Shown one piece after another: positions 8,772 through 17,557 of a stretch of 64,000 bases of DNA (within the stretch, counting starts at the first letter, position 1; each line of letters begins with the position of its first letter). Origin of the DNA: a virus. The stretch lies in IMG/VR virus record IMGVR_UViG_3300045988_183505, positions 1 to 64,000 of that record, one strand, 5' to 3'. The position numbers were made by a program, and so were the translations under genes. The notes under the pieces were generated by a model. That model saw only the letters and a program-made list of their open reading frames with translations. It was not told where the DNA came from and searched no databases.

Positions 8772-10571
8772 TCACGCTACGGTCAGCAAAGGTCGATTCT
8801 CAATCGGAGATGCCAGATAGTAGTCTGATTTTGCCAGCACCTCATTGTACGCCTTTTCGCCTTGGAAACTGTCAATAACCGTCTTTTCTTCTGCGGTCAT
8901 ATCCTTGTAGGACTTCTTACCGTAGGACGGTGGCAGCCAGCCACGGTTCTGTGCAGCATAGATGTTGAATCGGTCAATCAGCTCTGGACAAGTGAATGTG
9001 ATATGCACTGTTCCTTTCTTGTAGAATGTTGCCCGAAAGAATTTGCAGGCAATGTTCTTTGTGATGCCCTGTTCAAAGCTCTTTCTCAGTTCGTTTTCCA
9101 GATTGACTTCCGCAGTCATATCACCATCGAAGAAATTCAGGATTCTTTCGATGTCTGCCAGCGTGTTATATGCTTCGTAAGTACGAGGACTTCCACTCCA
9201 GCTGTCAAAGATGCCATAGCAAGGAAGAATGACTTTCTTTCCGATTTTCCATGCCTTGTTTGTTTTCCAGCCGTCATACAGATGACGGTTCTTCTGGCAT
9301 TCCGGATAATATGCGTGTTCCTCAGTCAGACGGTCATACATCTGTCCGATTTCTTCTTCAATGCCTACCTTGATTTTTGTGTTCATCTCCGCAAGCAAAG
9401 TGCGAATGTTAAACTCTGAAAAATCGTAGTTCGCATAGCTGGAAGTCTGTTCTCTGTACTGCTGTTGCAGTGTGCTTGTCAGCTTACCGACAAACTTCTT
9501 GTTGGAAAGCAGAGCCTTCCAGTATTTCAGGCGAACGCTTTTGACGTATTTGTTTACCGTCAAATCGTGGTCTCCTTCGTCTTTCAGCTGAATCAAAGGC
9601 TTTCTGTATTTCAGTTCGTTTTCGTCAAAAGAACTCTCCAGATACGGTTTCATTCCCTTGTACAGGCGAATCAGCTCCAGACCAGATTTCATTTCAACCT
9701 TATATCTGTTGACAATTGCCCGAACGAAGTCGGCAACTTCAATTTCTTTGCTCTCGTCCGGAGTAAATTCTTCATAATGCTCCGTCTGAGCCATGCGGTC
9801 AAAAATGTCCTGCTCTGTTTCTCTTTCGGGAACAGCCACTTTGATAAGAACTACCTCAACAGCCGTTTTCTTTTCTGCATTGGTAAACTCCTGCTCCAGA
9901 TACTCAATGGACGCATTGTATTCATTTAACAGGCGAACCAGTTCTTTTCTGGTTGCTGTATACGGATTCCGGATAGTTTCTGCATTGAGCAAGCAGATAA
10001 CAGAACCGCCATGTGTTCTTTGCATCTCCAGAGCTTTCAAGAGGTGTTTATCACCATTGGAGAACGGTGGGTTCATCACAATAAGATTGTACCGCTTGAA
10101 CGGTTCATAAGTGAGGAAATCGTCTCCCACAATATGAATCCCATCAGCAAAGAATGTCTTCTTTTCTTCTTCAATGGCATTCAGCTGTGCTTCAAGCTCT
10201 TTCGGAATTGCTGTATATCCAGTATCTCTGTTATACTGCTTCCACTTCCCAAAGCGATTTTCCGCATTAGGGCAACCGCTGTTCTTGATAATCTCACCCT
10301 GCTGACGGTTCAGGCTGTTCTTTCTTTCCTCGGAGAAATTATACCGAAGCACCTGTCGCAGACTAGCATCTGCTTCGATGCAATCAATATCCATGTCATG
10401 TCTGACACTCTCGGTTGCCAAAGCAACTTCCCGAAGAATATCACCTTTTCCGGCAGACGGTTCAAGGACAGTCTGCACCATGTTCCAGTCAATTCCTGCC
10501 AACATACGCTTTACCAGCGTAGCAGGCGTTGGATAAAATTCATCGTTATCTATGGTCTGAATCAATCTCAT
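8772..10571 (-). CDS. N6-adenine DNA methyltransferase (orphan, no cognate restriction gene seen) with a long C-terminal extension
   Basis: SAM motif LEPSAGKGDI and catalytic motif IVMNPPFS. First large gene of the operon with parA and parB. Confidence 0.8.
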   Translation of the reverse strand: MRLIQTIDNDEFYPTPATLVKRMLAGIDWNMVQTVLEPSAGKGDILREVALATESVRHDMDIDCIEADASLRQVLRYNFSEERKNSLNRQQGEIIKNSGCPNAENRFGKWKQYNRDTGYTAIPKELEAQLNAIEEEKKTFFADGIHIVGDDFLTYEPFKRYNLIVMNPPFSNGDKHLLKALEMQRTHGGSVICLLNAETIRNPYTATRKELVRLLNEYNASIEYLEQEFTNAEKKTAVEVVLIKVAVPERETEQDIFDRMAQTEHYEEFTPDESKEIEVADFVRAIVNRYKVEMKSGLELIRLYKGMKPYLESSFDENELKYRKPLIQLKDEGDHDLTVNKYVKSVRLKYWKALLSNKKFVGKLTSTLQQQYREQTSSYANYDFSEFNIRTLLAEMNTKIKVGIEEEIGQMYDRLTEEHAYYPECQKNRHLYDGWKTNKAWKIGKKVILPCYGIFDSWSGSPRTYEAYNTLADIERILNFFDGDMTAEVNLENELRKSFEQGITKNIACKFFRATFYKKGTVHITFTCPELIDRFNIYAAQNRGWLPPSYGKKSYKDMTAEEKTVIDSFQGEKAYNEVLAKSDYYLASPIENRPLLTVA

Positions 10572-10583
10572 GGCAATATCTCC

Positions 10584-10982
10584 TTATTTTCTGTTTGTGT
10601 ATTCGTGTACCAGTTTCTCAATTGCAACATAAAGTGCTTTCAGGTCATCATCAGTCATTCCGACTGTTTCGATGCCGTCATCGGTGTACTCGCTCTTGCA
10701 CACCATAACGTGTCCAACCAGCGGCTGACCGTGTTCCATGAAACCGTACAGCAATGAAGCGATTCCATTTAACTTGCAACCATTAAAGATGCCCTCATCA
10801 TCGCATACCAGACAGAGGTTTTTCAGTTCCGGAAACTCTGCCAAGCCGTGTGCTTCGACAATATCAATCGTATCGCAGTCCAAATTCTGATAGTAGAAGT
10901 CCAGTCCTGCTTCCTTGTCAAACGGCATTTCTTCACTGACCGTTCCTTTTTCTGTTGCTCTTAAAATCAATACTTTTTCCAT
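10584..10982 (-). CDS. hypothetical protein (possibly DUF3846-like)
   Basis: 132-aa ORF with a good RBS (AAGAGGAG). The family assignment comes from memory only. Confidence 0.45.
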   Translation of the reverse strand: MEKVLILRATEKGTVSEEMPFDKEAGLDFYYQNLDCDTIDIVEAHGLAEFPELKNLCLVCDDEGIFNGCKLNGIASLLYGFMEHGQPLVGHVMVCKSEYTDDGIETVGMTDDDLKALYVAIEKLVHEYTNRK

Positions 10983-11104
10983 TTTTTCATACTCCTCTTT
11001 TCTTATGTTGTGTTTCGTTGTGTTGCTGTTTTTTCGTTATTTTTTCTGTAAAAAAAAGCACACTTTGCATATCTTTTATGTGTTCCTTACAGTATCTATT
11101 ATAG

Positions 11105-11122
11105 CATATCTACCGGTAGATA
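11105..11122. promoter_or_regulatory. operator palindrome, class I (perfect 18 bp ATATCTACCGGTAGATAT)
   Basis: On the minus strand it is followed by GC then TATAAT (TGc extended -10). Upstream of the operon from 10982 through the methyltransferase to parAB. Confidence 0.65.
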
Positions 11123-11170
11123 TATAGTCTTTTTTGCAAAAAAGTTGTGAATGTTTTGTAAAGCTTGCAA

Positions 11171-11208
11171 AATGCAAAAAGCCCCTGCTTTACTGGTAGA
11201 GCAAGGGC
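11171..11208 (-). terminator. intrinsic terminator
   Basis: Minus strand reads GCCCTTGC-loop-GCAGGGGC followed by TTTTTGCATTTT. Lies 3' of the gene ending at 11216. Confidence 0.6.
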
Positions 11209-11215
11209 ATATGTG

Positions 11216-11668
11216 TTATGACCAGAACAAGTCACTGTCTGCATTGATACATTCTTTTATCAGTTCCACAAAATCTTGAAAACCGCATTCCTGCCTTATC
11301 AGATTTCCGAATTTATCATTTACGAATCGAAAACCGTAGACGATATTGTTGTCATAGCTGGAGATTTGGTCATATAGTTCTATACAGGTGCTTTTAGAGA
11401 TTTCCCCAGCACAATCCGACTGGAGCAGAAAATCTTTTACACCAGACGGCATTTCGCTGGCTTGCAGGATTCTGTCCATGCCTGCGTCCCACTTCTCCAG
11501 AGCCTGTTTGCGGTCATCTCCATATGGAATCTCCATAATTTTTATGTACTGCTGCCAGACGTTCTTGTCGAACAGTTCAGCTACTTTTGCTCTGAGAAAA
11601 AAGAAATTCCTATAGCCGATTTCCATTTCAGATTTCGTCTTTCTGCACTCCAATGTAATTGACATCAT
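11216..11668 (-). CDS. hypothetical protein
   Basis: 150-aa ORF. Confidence 0.5.
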   Translation of the reverse strand: MMSITLECRKTKSEMEIGYRNFFFLRAKVAELFDKNVWQQYIKIMEIPYGDDRKQALEKWDAGMDRILQASEMPSGVKDFLLQSDCAGEISKSTCIELYDQISSYDNNIVYGFRFVNDKFGNLIRQECGFQDFVELIKECINADSDLFWS

Positions 11669-11689
11669 TATCTCTCCATTCCCTATTTG

Positions 11690-12424
11690 CTACTGGATTT
11701 TCCGGATTTCCTGCACATAAGTATTGGTGCGGCTCTGCACCTTTTCGGAAAACTCTGCTGCCACACGGCAGCTTTCACTGATGCTGTCATCGTCAGCATC
11801 TACCAGCACATTCATTGCGATGTCAATGCACTTACGCAACTCTGTAAGCCGTGTTCTCTTTACCCAGTCAAATATCACAGCCTTATCCAGTCCAACCTCT
11901 GAGAGCAGGTTCAGAAGGGGCATATTGGGCTTGCTGACTGTGATACCTGTAATCTGCAATCCCTTTCCTGTACTGTTTGCCTGCTTCTTCGGGACATCGC
12001 ATACTGCTGTTTCTGCGGTAATATAGCACAGTACAACTTCTGGAGTATCACTTCGGAACACTTTGACTGTTTTGGAACGGTCATACCCCAGCTTCTTTTC
12101 TCTTACATCAAGGATAGACACCTTAATGCAATTCCGGATTCCCATGCAATAAAACACATCTGCCAGAATAGATTCCAGTTCGTGTGCAATCGAATGATAT
12201 TTCACACTCTTGCACTGCTCTGTGAGGAAATATGCTGTTCCAATCAATCCGATTTCATCTGCAATGTTTTCTATTGTTGTTTCTGACAGCATTTTCTTTG
12301 CTGTTTCGTAATCTCTGATACTTGTCCACTTATCAAACAGAGAAGAACCTCTGCCTCTGCACGAATAGCCCAGCCGATTTATCAGCTTTTGATTGCATTC
12401 CATGCTTTTTGCAAGCTCTCTCAT
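11690..12424 (-). CDS. hypothetical protein
   Basis: 244-aa ORF with RBS AAGGTAGGGTG upstream. Confidence 0.5.
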   Translation of the reverse strand: MRELAKSMECNQKLINRLGYSCRGRGSSLFDKWTSIRDYETAKKMLSETTIENIADEIGLIGTAYFLTEQCKSVKYHSIAHELESILADVFYCMGIRNCIKVSILDVREKKLGYDRSKTVKVFRSDTPEVVLCYITAETAVCDVPKKQANSTGKGLQITGITVSKPNMPLLNLLSEVGLDKAVIFDWVKRTRLTELRKCIDIAMNVLVDADDDSISESCRVAAEFSEKVQSRTNTYVQEIRKIQ

Positions 12425-12467
12425 TTCACACCCTACCTTTTCTTATAGATTCTATCAGTATCATATC

Positions 12468-12485
12468 ATATCTTACAGCAGATAT
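12468..12485. promoter_or_regulatory. operator, class I variant (ATATCT-TACAGC-AGATAT)
   Basis: The outer 6-bp arms are identical to the perfect copies and the central 6 bp differ. On the minus strand it is followed 2 nt later by TATGAT. Confidence 0.5.
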
Positions 12486-12599
12486 ATTGCAGTTTGTATT
12501 GGCATACTGTAAATTTTTCTGGACAATAACTTCAAAATGCTTGTACATAAAAACTACCCAACCCACACTTGCAGGCTGAGTAGTGATTCTGCTATTTAG

Positions 12600-13232
12600 T
12601 TATGCAGGAATGGTGTCTGCATGGGGATTGCTGTGGCATTCCCATTGATGCCTGCATTTCTTATTTTCTTTCCAATTGTTTTCTGACTTATAAAACTTCG
12701 GGTCAAGCTGATATGCACAGAAAAATCCAGCGGAATACTTTGCTCTGAGCATTCCTTTGGAATCCAGTATCAGTTTATTCCGGATTCCTTTGTGCCAGTG
12801 ATGATTCCAGCCTTTTTTGTGTCGCTTGCCTTGTTTCTTCTTACGGCTATAATTCAGCCGTTCTTCCGCAAAGCATACTGCATGAGCGAGAATTGCTTCG
12901 TGGTAGTTTCGCAGGTCAAGCACTCGGAGATTTTCTCTCTTAAAACTGCACAGTTGCTTATTTCTCACGAAGTAAACAGCATCATCATTGTCTGAATTTG
13001 GATATGCTGGAGAATACAAGCCGAGGTCAGCCCCTGACATATTCTGTTCTGCTTCCATACGTTTCAATCGCATATCATAATCATTTATGGCAAGATGTGT
13101 TCCGTAATGCCCTCGGAGATAACGTGACATATTCCGGATAAACTCCTGCTCTGTTTCGCCGTAAACAATGCTGTTTCTCTCCAGCAATGTTCCAACTTCG
13201 TCAAAGGTCAAGCTGCACCAGTAATATGCCAT
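12600..13232 (-). CDS. hypothetical protein
   Basis: ORF 12600..13277 trimmed to the ATG at 13232 after AAGGAG. Confidence 0.5.
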   Translation of the reverse strand: MAYYWCSLTFDEVGTLLERNSIVYGETEQEFIRNMSRYLRGHYGTHLAINDYDMRLKRMEAEQNMSGADLGLYSPAYPNSDNDDAVYFVRNKQLCSFKRENLRVLDLRNYHEAILAHAVCFAEERLNYSRKKKQGKRHKKGWNHHWHKGIRNKLILDSKGMLRAKYSAGFFCAYQLDPKFYKSENNWKENKKCRHQWECHSNPHADTIPA

Positions 13233-13246
13233 ATTTCCACACTCCT

Positions 13247-13486
13247 TTATGTCAGGCTTGCTGCATAAGCAAAACACAGCTGTTGGTTCTTAAAGATATG
13301 TTCGTATGGCACATCGACAACATTGTCTCTTTCATCATGCACCACAAAAGTTGCGGATTCCTTCCCAGTCCGGATTTTAAGAATCGCTCCAATCAGACAA
13401 TTCGGCAAACTAGGGCAGCAGCCTTTCTTGTAGTAATACACTCTGTCGCCAACAGAGAACCCTTTATATGTCTTTGTCTCATTCAT
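13247..13486 (-). CDS. hypothetical small protein (SH3-like GDRVYYYKKG)
   Basis: ORF 13247..13495. The ATG at 13486 lies 9 nt after GGGAG. Confidence 0.45.
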   Translation of the reverse strand: MNETKTYKGFSVGDRVYYYKKGCCPSLPNCLIGAILKIRTGKESATFVVHDERDNVVDVPYEHIFKNQQLCFAYAASLT

Positions 13487-13685
13487 GATACTCACTCCCT
13501 ACTGCACTTCCGTATTCATCACACAACGCCAAGCCGTCCTGTAATCCGTCTTCTCTGCCTTTTTTGTAACCAGCATTTTTTCCTGCCTCGTACCCACGGT
13601 CATAAGCTTTCTGTTTGCAAATCAGTGTCGCAGCAGTTAATGCAGTCGTACCAACCAGCAGGTACAATACCGTTGCCTTTTTCAT
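13479..13685 (-). CDS. small membrane-anchored protein
   Basis: The ATG at 13685 follows AAAGGAG. N-terminal hydrophobic segment KKATVLYLLVGTTALTAATLI. Confidence 0.5.
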   Translation of the reverse strand: MKKATVLYLLVGTTALTAATLICKQKAYDRGYEAGKNAGYKKGREDGLQDGLALCDEYGSAVGSEYHE

Positions 13686-13699
13686 GCCAGACACTCCTT

Positions 13700-13960
13700 T
13701 CATTCAACATCGTCTTCCGGTTCAGCCTCTGCCTCTGCATCAGATTCTTCCTCTGCATTTTCCGGCTGCTCGTCTTCTCCTTCTCCCATTGCCGTCATGT
13801 AAGCGTTGTACAATCCTTTGGCATTTCCAAAGGATTCTGTTCCGGCTTTCTGTACATTGTTGTACATCTCCAGACCACGCTTAGAAAGCAGAATGCAGGA
13901 GATTACTACTCCGATTAAAAAGCCAATAAATCCAGCCAGTAAGTAACCAAAAATGCCCAT
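13700..13960 (-). CDS. small membrane protein with an acidic tail
   Basis: N-terminal TM segment GIFGYLLAGFIGFLIGVVISCILL. C-terminus is rich in E, D and A. Confidence 0.55.
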   Translation of the reverse strand: MGIFGYLLAGFIGFLIGVVISCILLSKRGLEMYNNVQKAGTESFGNAKGLYNAYMTAMGEGEDEQPENAEEESDAEAEAEPEDDVE

Positions 13961-14472
13961 TATTTTTCCTCACTTTCTGATAACAAATCATCATGTTTTG
14001 TGTTTGGCGGTTCTGAAACCGCTTTTGCATAATTGTTTTCTATCAGCCACATCTGTACCATTTCTCCGTCTGAAAAGTACAGGTACGCCTGCAAATCACC
14101 GTCTGCTGTTTCCTTTTCCTCGTCATATTCCAAATAAAGCGTGTCACCTTTTTGCAGCTTTTCGTCCAGCACCGAAACATCTTCCAACGGTTCAATGCCA
14201 ATCAAATGTACTGTCCGGTTTTCTTTGTCCACCCGAACTCGAAAGGTGTCAAGTTCTTCTGCACTGATATAGTTTCCTGACACCGCTGTGCTTGCTTCTT
14301 TCAAATTATTCGTTATATTTTCCAAATCCTCTTTTTCATTTCCACCAAGGATTCCAGAAAAGATAGTGGATAAATGAATATACTTCACGCCCTTGCCTAC
14401 GTCCGTCAAGAAACAAAACGCCATGATTCCGACACATGATGCCATCATTACCATATATCCTGTTTTGTTCAT
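13960..14472 (-). CDS. membrane-anchored protein with an SNase (thermonuclease)-like OB fold, possibly degenerate
   Basis: N-terminal TM segment. FRVRVD..RTVHLIGIEPLE and LQAYLYFSDGEMVQMWLIENNYAKAV align by eye to staphylococcal nuclease FRLLLVDTPE and [26 protein letters not shown]. Confidence 0.45.
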   Translation of the reverse strand: MNKTGYMVMMASCVGIMAFCFLTDVGKGVKYIHLSTIFSGILGGNEKEDLENITNNLKEASTAVSGNYISAEELDTFRVRVDKENRTVHLIGIEPLEDVSVLDEKLQKGDTLYLEYDEEKETADGDLQAYLYFSDGEMVQMWLIENNYAKAVSEPPNTKHDDLLSESEEK

Positions 14473-14966
14473 GTGTTTTCTCCTATTCTGATAAACGCCT
14501 TTGTCAACACAATGGGATATACACGTTTGCCGTTTTCAAATGTCTGCCGGTGAAATTCATACGTTAGAGATTCGCCTTCCAGCCTTAAACACTTCCCATA
14601 AGCATAGTCTACAATCTTCTTCGCACAAACAACCGCAATCATCTGATTTGCAAATTCCGGCTCTGTCCCAGACCGCAGCTGGCTTACCAGTCGTTTCCCT
14701 TTAATGCCTGCCAATGCAAGCAATTCTTCCAAGGAGACTTCACAACCAATCAGCTGTTCTCTACGCCTTGCAAATGTACAGAAGACCAGTGCAAATGCAC
14801 TCTTTATTCCAGATAGGGACAATGGATTCTCTGCTGACACATTGAAATTGAAATCTGTCAGATTCAGATATGTTCCGTCCTCTTTCCGCATCATCACCGA
14901 TATGTCCACAAAGTCATACTTTGCTTTTGGTTCGCCGATTTTCGGCATTGCAATCACTGTAAACAC
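14469..14966 (-). CDS. hypothetical protein (start uncertain)
   Basis: 165-aa ORF. Alternative starts are a GTG at 14957 and an ATG at 14948. Confidence 0.5.
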   Translation of the reverse strand: MFTVIAMPKIGEPKAKYDFVDISVMMRKEDGTYLNLTDFNFNVSAENPLSLSGIKSAFALVFCTFARRREQLIGCEVSLEELLALAGIKGKRLVSQLRSGTEPEFANQMIAVVCAKKIVDYAYGKCLRLEGESLTYEFHRQTFENGKRVYPIVLTKAFIRIGENT

Positions 14967-15055
14967 TCCCTACACTACCGTCACGCCCTGCAAAAAAGTC
15001 CGGTTTCGGCTTTCTGCCGTTGCCGGACTGCAATTGCTCGTATGTCTGTGCTGTA

Positions 15056-15403
15056 TTACAGCTTCACAACCTTTGTTGCGAAAATCTTGAACGAAAGATG
15101 GCTGTTACCGTTGTTATCCACATATTCGTCCACTCCGAACTGACCGCTTACCAGTACGTTACAGCCGTTGTAGTCATCTTCCTCAATCTCGCACTTATCG
15201 AAAGAGCAGAACACTGCCACATTCATGGACGGCTTCCATGAGCCATCTTCACGCTTGCCTGCATTCTTTGTGCAGCGGAGCATTACGCCGTTCTTAATCT
15301 CCTTGCACTCGAAGGAACGCAGCTTCCAGTCCATGACCAGATTCTGATTCTGATTCTGATTTTCGTTGTTCTCGTTGTTTCCATTCTTGTTGAAGTTTGC
15401 CAT
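15056..15403 (-). CDS. SSB-like OB-fold protein (putative ssDNA-binding)
   Basis: N/Q-rich N-terminus. The core GVMLRCTKNAGKREDGSWKPSMNVAVFCSF..VLVSGQFGVDEYVDNNGNSHLSFKIFATKV resembles the SSB strand pattern. Confidence 0.5.
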   Translation of the reverse strand: MANFNKNGNNENNENQNQNQNLVMDWKLRSFECKEIKNGVMLRCTKNAGKREDGSWKPSMNVAVFCSFDKCEIEEDDYNGCNVLVSGQFGVDEYVDNNGNSHLSFKIFATKVVKL

Positions 15404-15516
15404 AATTTTTTCCTTTCCGGTGCTTATGCACCTTACGCTCTTTATTCGTTGTGTGGGTGATTTTTCGTTATTTTATGATAAAAAATAACGGTGATTATCT
15501 CTCAACCACTGTACTT

Positions 15517-15545
15517 ATTATAGCATATTCGGTATACATTGTCAA
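15517..15545 (-). promoter_or_regulatory. consensus sigma-A-type promoter (TTGACA-17 nt-TATAAT, TGc extended -10)
   Basis: Minus strand reads TTGACAatgtataccgaatatgcTATAAT. The spacer carries a degenerate copy of the class I operator. Confidence 0.75.
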
Positions 15546-15583
15546 CCGTTGTGGCGTAGAATATCCGTTATTTATCCCCTTTG

Positions 15584-15613
15584 TTTTTGTGCAATGTATA
15601 CAATGGCTATACA
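15584..15613 (-). repeat. 30-nt repeat copy B
   Basis: 28/30 identical to 24..53. Flanking similarity continues (..CGTTATT..ATC..). Confidence 0.6.
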
Positions 15614-15834
15614 AGAACCGGTACATTGTTGAAAGAATTACTTCTGCACACTGTCAACATTTCCTGTTTCAGCCACTTTTCAAACCCCTTGGGAAGATTG
15701 CCGTACAATTCAATGAAATACCACAGCACTGTAGACTTTCCTCGAATTGCGTATCGCTGGCAGAACAACCGCCACTCAACATCAGTCATGCCCATATCAG
15801 ACTTAAAGTTATTAAACATTTCACGTTCTTTCAT
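15607..15834 (-). CDS. hypothetical small protein
   Basis: 75-aa ORF with AGGAG 7 nt upstream of the ATG. Confidence 0.5.
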   Translation of the reverse strand: MKEREMFNNFKSDMGMTDVEWRLFCQRYAIRGKSTVLWYFIELYGNLPKGFEKWLKQEMLTVCRSNSFNNVPVLV

Positions 15835-15878
15835 TTTTCTGCTCCTCTCACTTTGGATAAGTGATGATTTATTTCAGT

Positions 15879-17000
15879 TTATTTGTCTTTATTTTCTTTC
15901 TCTTGCCGGATAATCAGAATTACAAATGCGATTACCAACAGGAGAATTAAAATCAAAAACCACTGCCATTTTTTCAGATGTTTTGCAACCTCTGTCACTT
16001 CCGTCTTTGTGGTTTGCACGTCCGAACCGGTCGCTACTTTTACCGGCTTTTCCGTTTCTGTTGTGGGGGTAGCAATTTCTGCTGTATCAGATGTCTGTCC
16101 TTCTGTATCAGACTGCTCCTGTTCTGTAGAGGATACCTGCGTTGTGTCCTGAATCACAACGTCCGGAATATCATTTCTATACTTTTGAAGCACTCTTTCC
16201 AGACTAAGTACATATGGCTCTTTTTCCGTATTATCTGGTGCAATCTGAATTGCATTCTCATACGGGAGTGCCACTTCTGCACTTGGAATATTATATGTAT
16301 TCAGATTCGTAACATTGTAACTGCCTGCTTTCATTCGTACCAGATAAGGTTGATTTGCCTTGACCGGAAATTCAAAATAGGTATCTTCGTCCATCAAATG
16401 CAACGTCACCAATACGTCAGCTGGAGAATCAATCTCCAGCCAACCAATATTTTCTACCCAACTTGGAATGTTGTCGCCATACTGGTCATCAAGCGTCCCT
16501 GCTCGGTCTTTGCTGTACCAGTAGGCATAACTAAGAACAACTGTAGAATATGTGATTTCATCTCTGGTGTAGGTCTGTAAGATGCCGGTTTCTTTGCCTT
16601 CCATAAAGTCATCATAGGACGGCTTATACACATATACCTTGTATTGTGTATCATAGAACTCGTTGCCTTCTTTGATGTAAGTATTGAACCACCAATCTTC
16701 TGCATAGAACGATTGAAAAGCTTCTTCTGATATTTCCTTATCAGGAGTATTTATCAAGATATAATTGCTGTGCTGCAATTGTTCTTCCAGCTTTTCTGTT
16801 TCTTCTCTGTTTTCCGCTTTCACGCCAGCATACTCATTCAAGCCGCCCTGCTTAAACCAGTTGCCATCATCATCAAGCTGATACGATGCAGCCTCTGTTG
16901 GCTCTGTCGTCTGCTGTGTGGCACACACTGGAATAGTCGTTATGCTGCTGCCAACCAGTAATGCAGACAGCAGACCTGCAACCCAGAAATACTTTTTCAT
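15879..17000 (-). CDS. secreted, C-terminally membrane-anchored surface protein
   Basis: Signal peptide MKKYFWVAGLLSALLVGSSITTIPVCA. T/E/Q-rich stalk. C-terminal TM segment WQWFLILILLLVIAFVILII. No LPXTG motif seen. Confidence 0.6.
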   Translation of the reverse strand: MKKYFWVAGLLSALLVGSSITTIPVCATQQTTEPTEAASYQLDDDGNWFKQGGLNEYAGVKAENREETEKLEEQLQHSNYILINTPDKEISEEAFQSFYAEDWWFNTYIKEGNEFYDTQYKVYVYKPSYDDFMEGKETGILQTYTRDEITYSTVVLSYAYWYSKDRAGTLDDQYGDNIPSWVENIGWLEIDSPADVLVTLHLMDEDTYFEFPVKANQPYLVRMKAGSYNVTNLNTYNIPSAEVALPYENAIQIAPDNTEKEPYVLSLERVLQKYRNDIPDVVIQDTTQVSSTEQEQSDTEGQTSDTAEIATPTTETEKPVKVATGSDVQTTKTEVTEVAKHLKKWQWFLILILLLVIAFVILIIRQEKENKDK

Positions 17001-17536
17001 GCACCTTCTCCTTCACCCAAAATCAAATTGCGGTAATGTGCTTCTCCCATCATGGTTTGACATTCCAGAAATGCTTTTTTGCATCGTGCCTGACGCATAT
17101 TTGATGTGTTCCGGATAAAGCACTCCATCTGTTCAAAGAACTCATATCTGTAGTAAAGAATCTCCAGAATGATTGCCATATCTTCTACTTTCCAGAACCG
17201 CATTTCATTTATGCCTTTGATTCCTACATACATCTTACTGTTCCAGATGAAATTCCAAAGGCGATACTGTCGCAGAATTTCTTCTGTTGCATATTCCTTT
17301 GCCTTTTCCAGCGTATCGCACCCCAGTACATGACGATACACAAACCACATTAAATAATACCCCTGCCTTTTCTGCATTTCACTCCGGTAGTATTCTTTGT
17401 CCTCAGTCAGACTTCCTGCAAAGTTACTGTCCCGAAAGAGACAGGTCTTTGAGCCGTCTACCGTGTTTGCAAAATCGTAGAGCAGGTTCTTGTCCATTAC
17501 ATCTAAAAATCCCCAAGTCGTATAATTTTTTCCCAT
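16997..17536 (-). CDS. hypothetical protein
   Basis: 179-aa ORF overlapping the downstream gene by 4 nt. Confidence 0.5.
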   Translation of the reverse strand: MGKNYTTWGFLDVMDKNLLYDFANTVDGSKTCLFRDSNFAGSLTEDKEYYRSEMQKRQGYYLMWFVYRHVLGCDTLEKAKEYATEEILRQYRLWNFIWNSKMYVGIKGINEMRFWKVEDMAIILEILYYRYEFFEQMECFIRNTSNMRQARCKKAFLECQTMMGEAHYRNLILGEGEGA

Positions 17537-17557
17537 AAGTAAATCTTCCCTTGCCTT

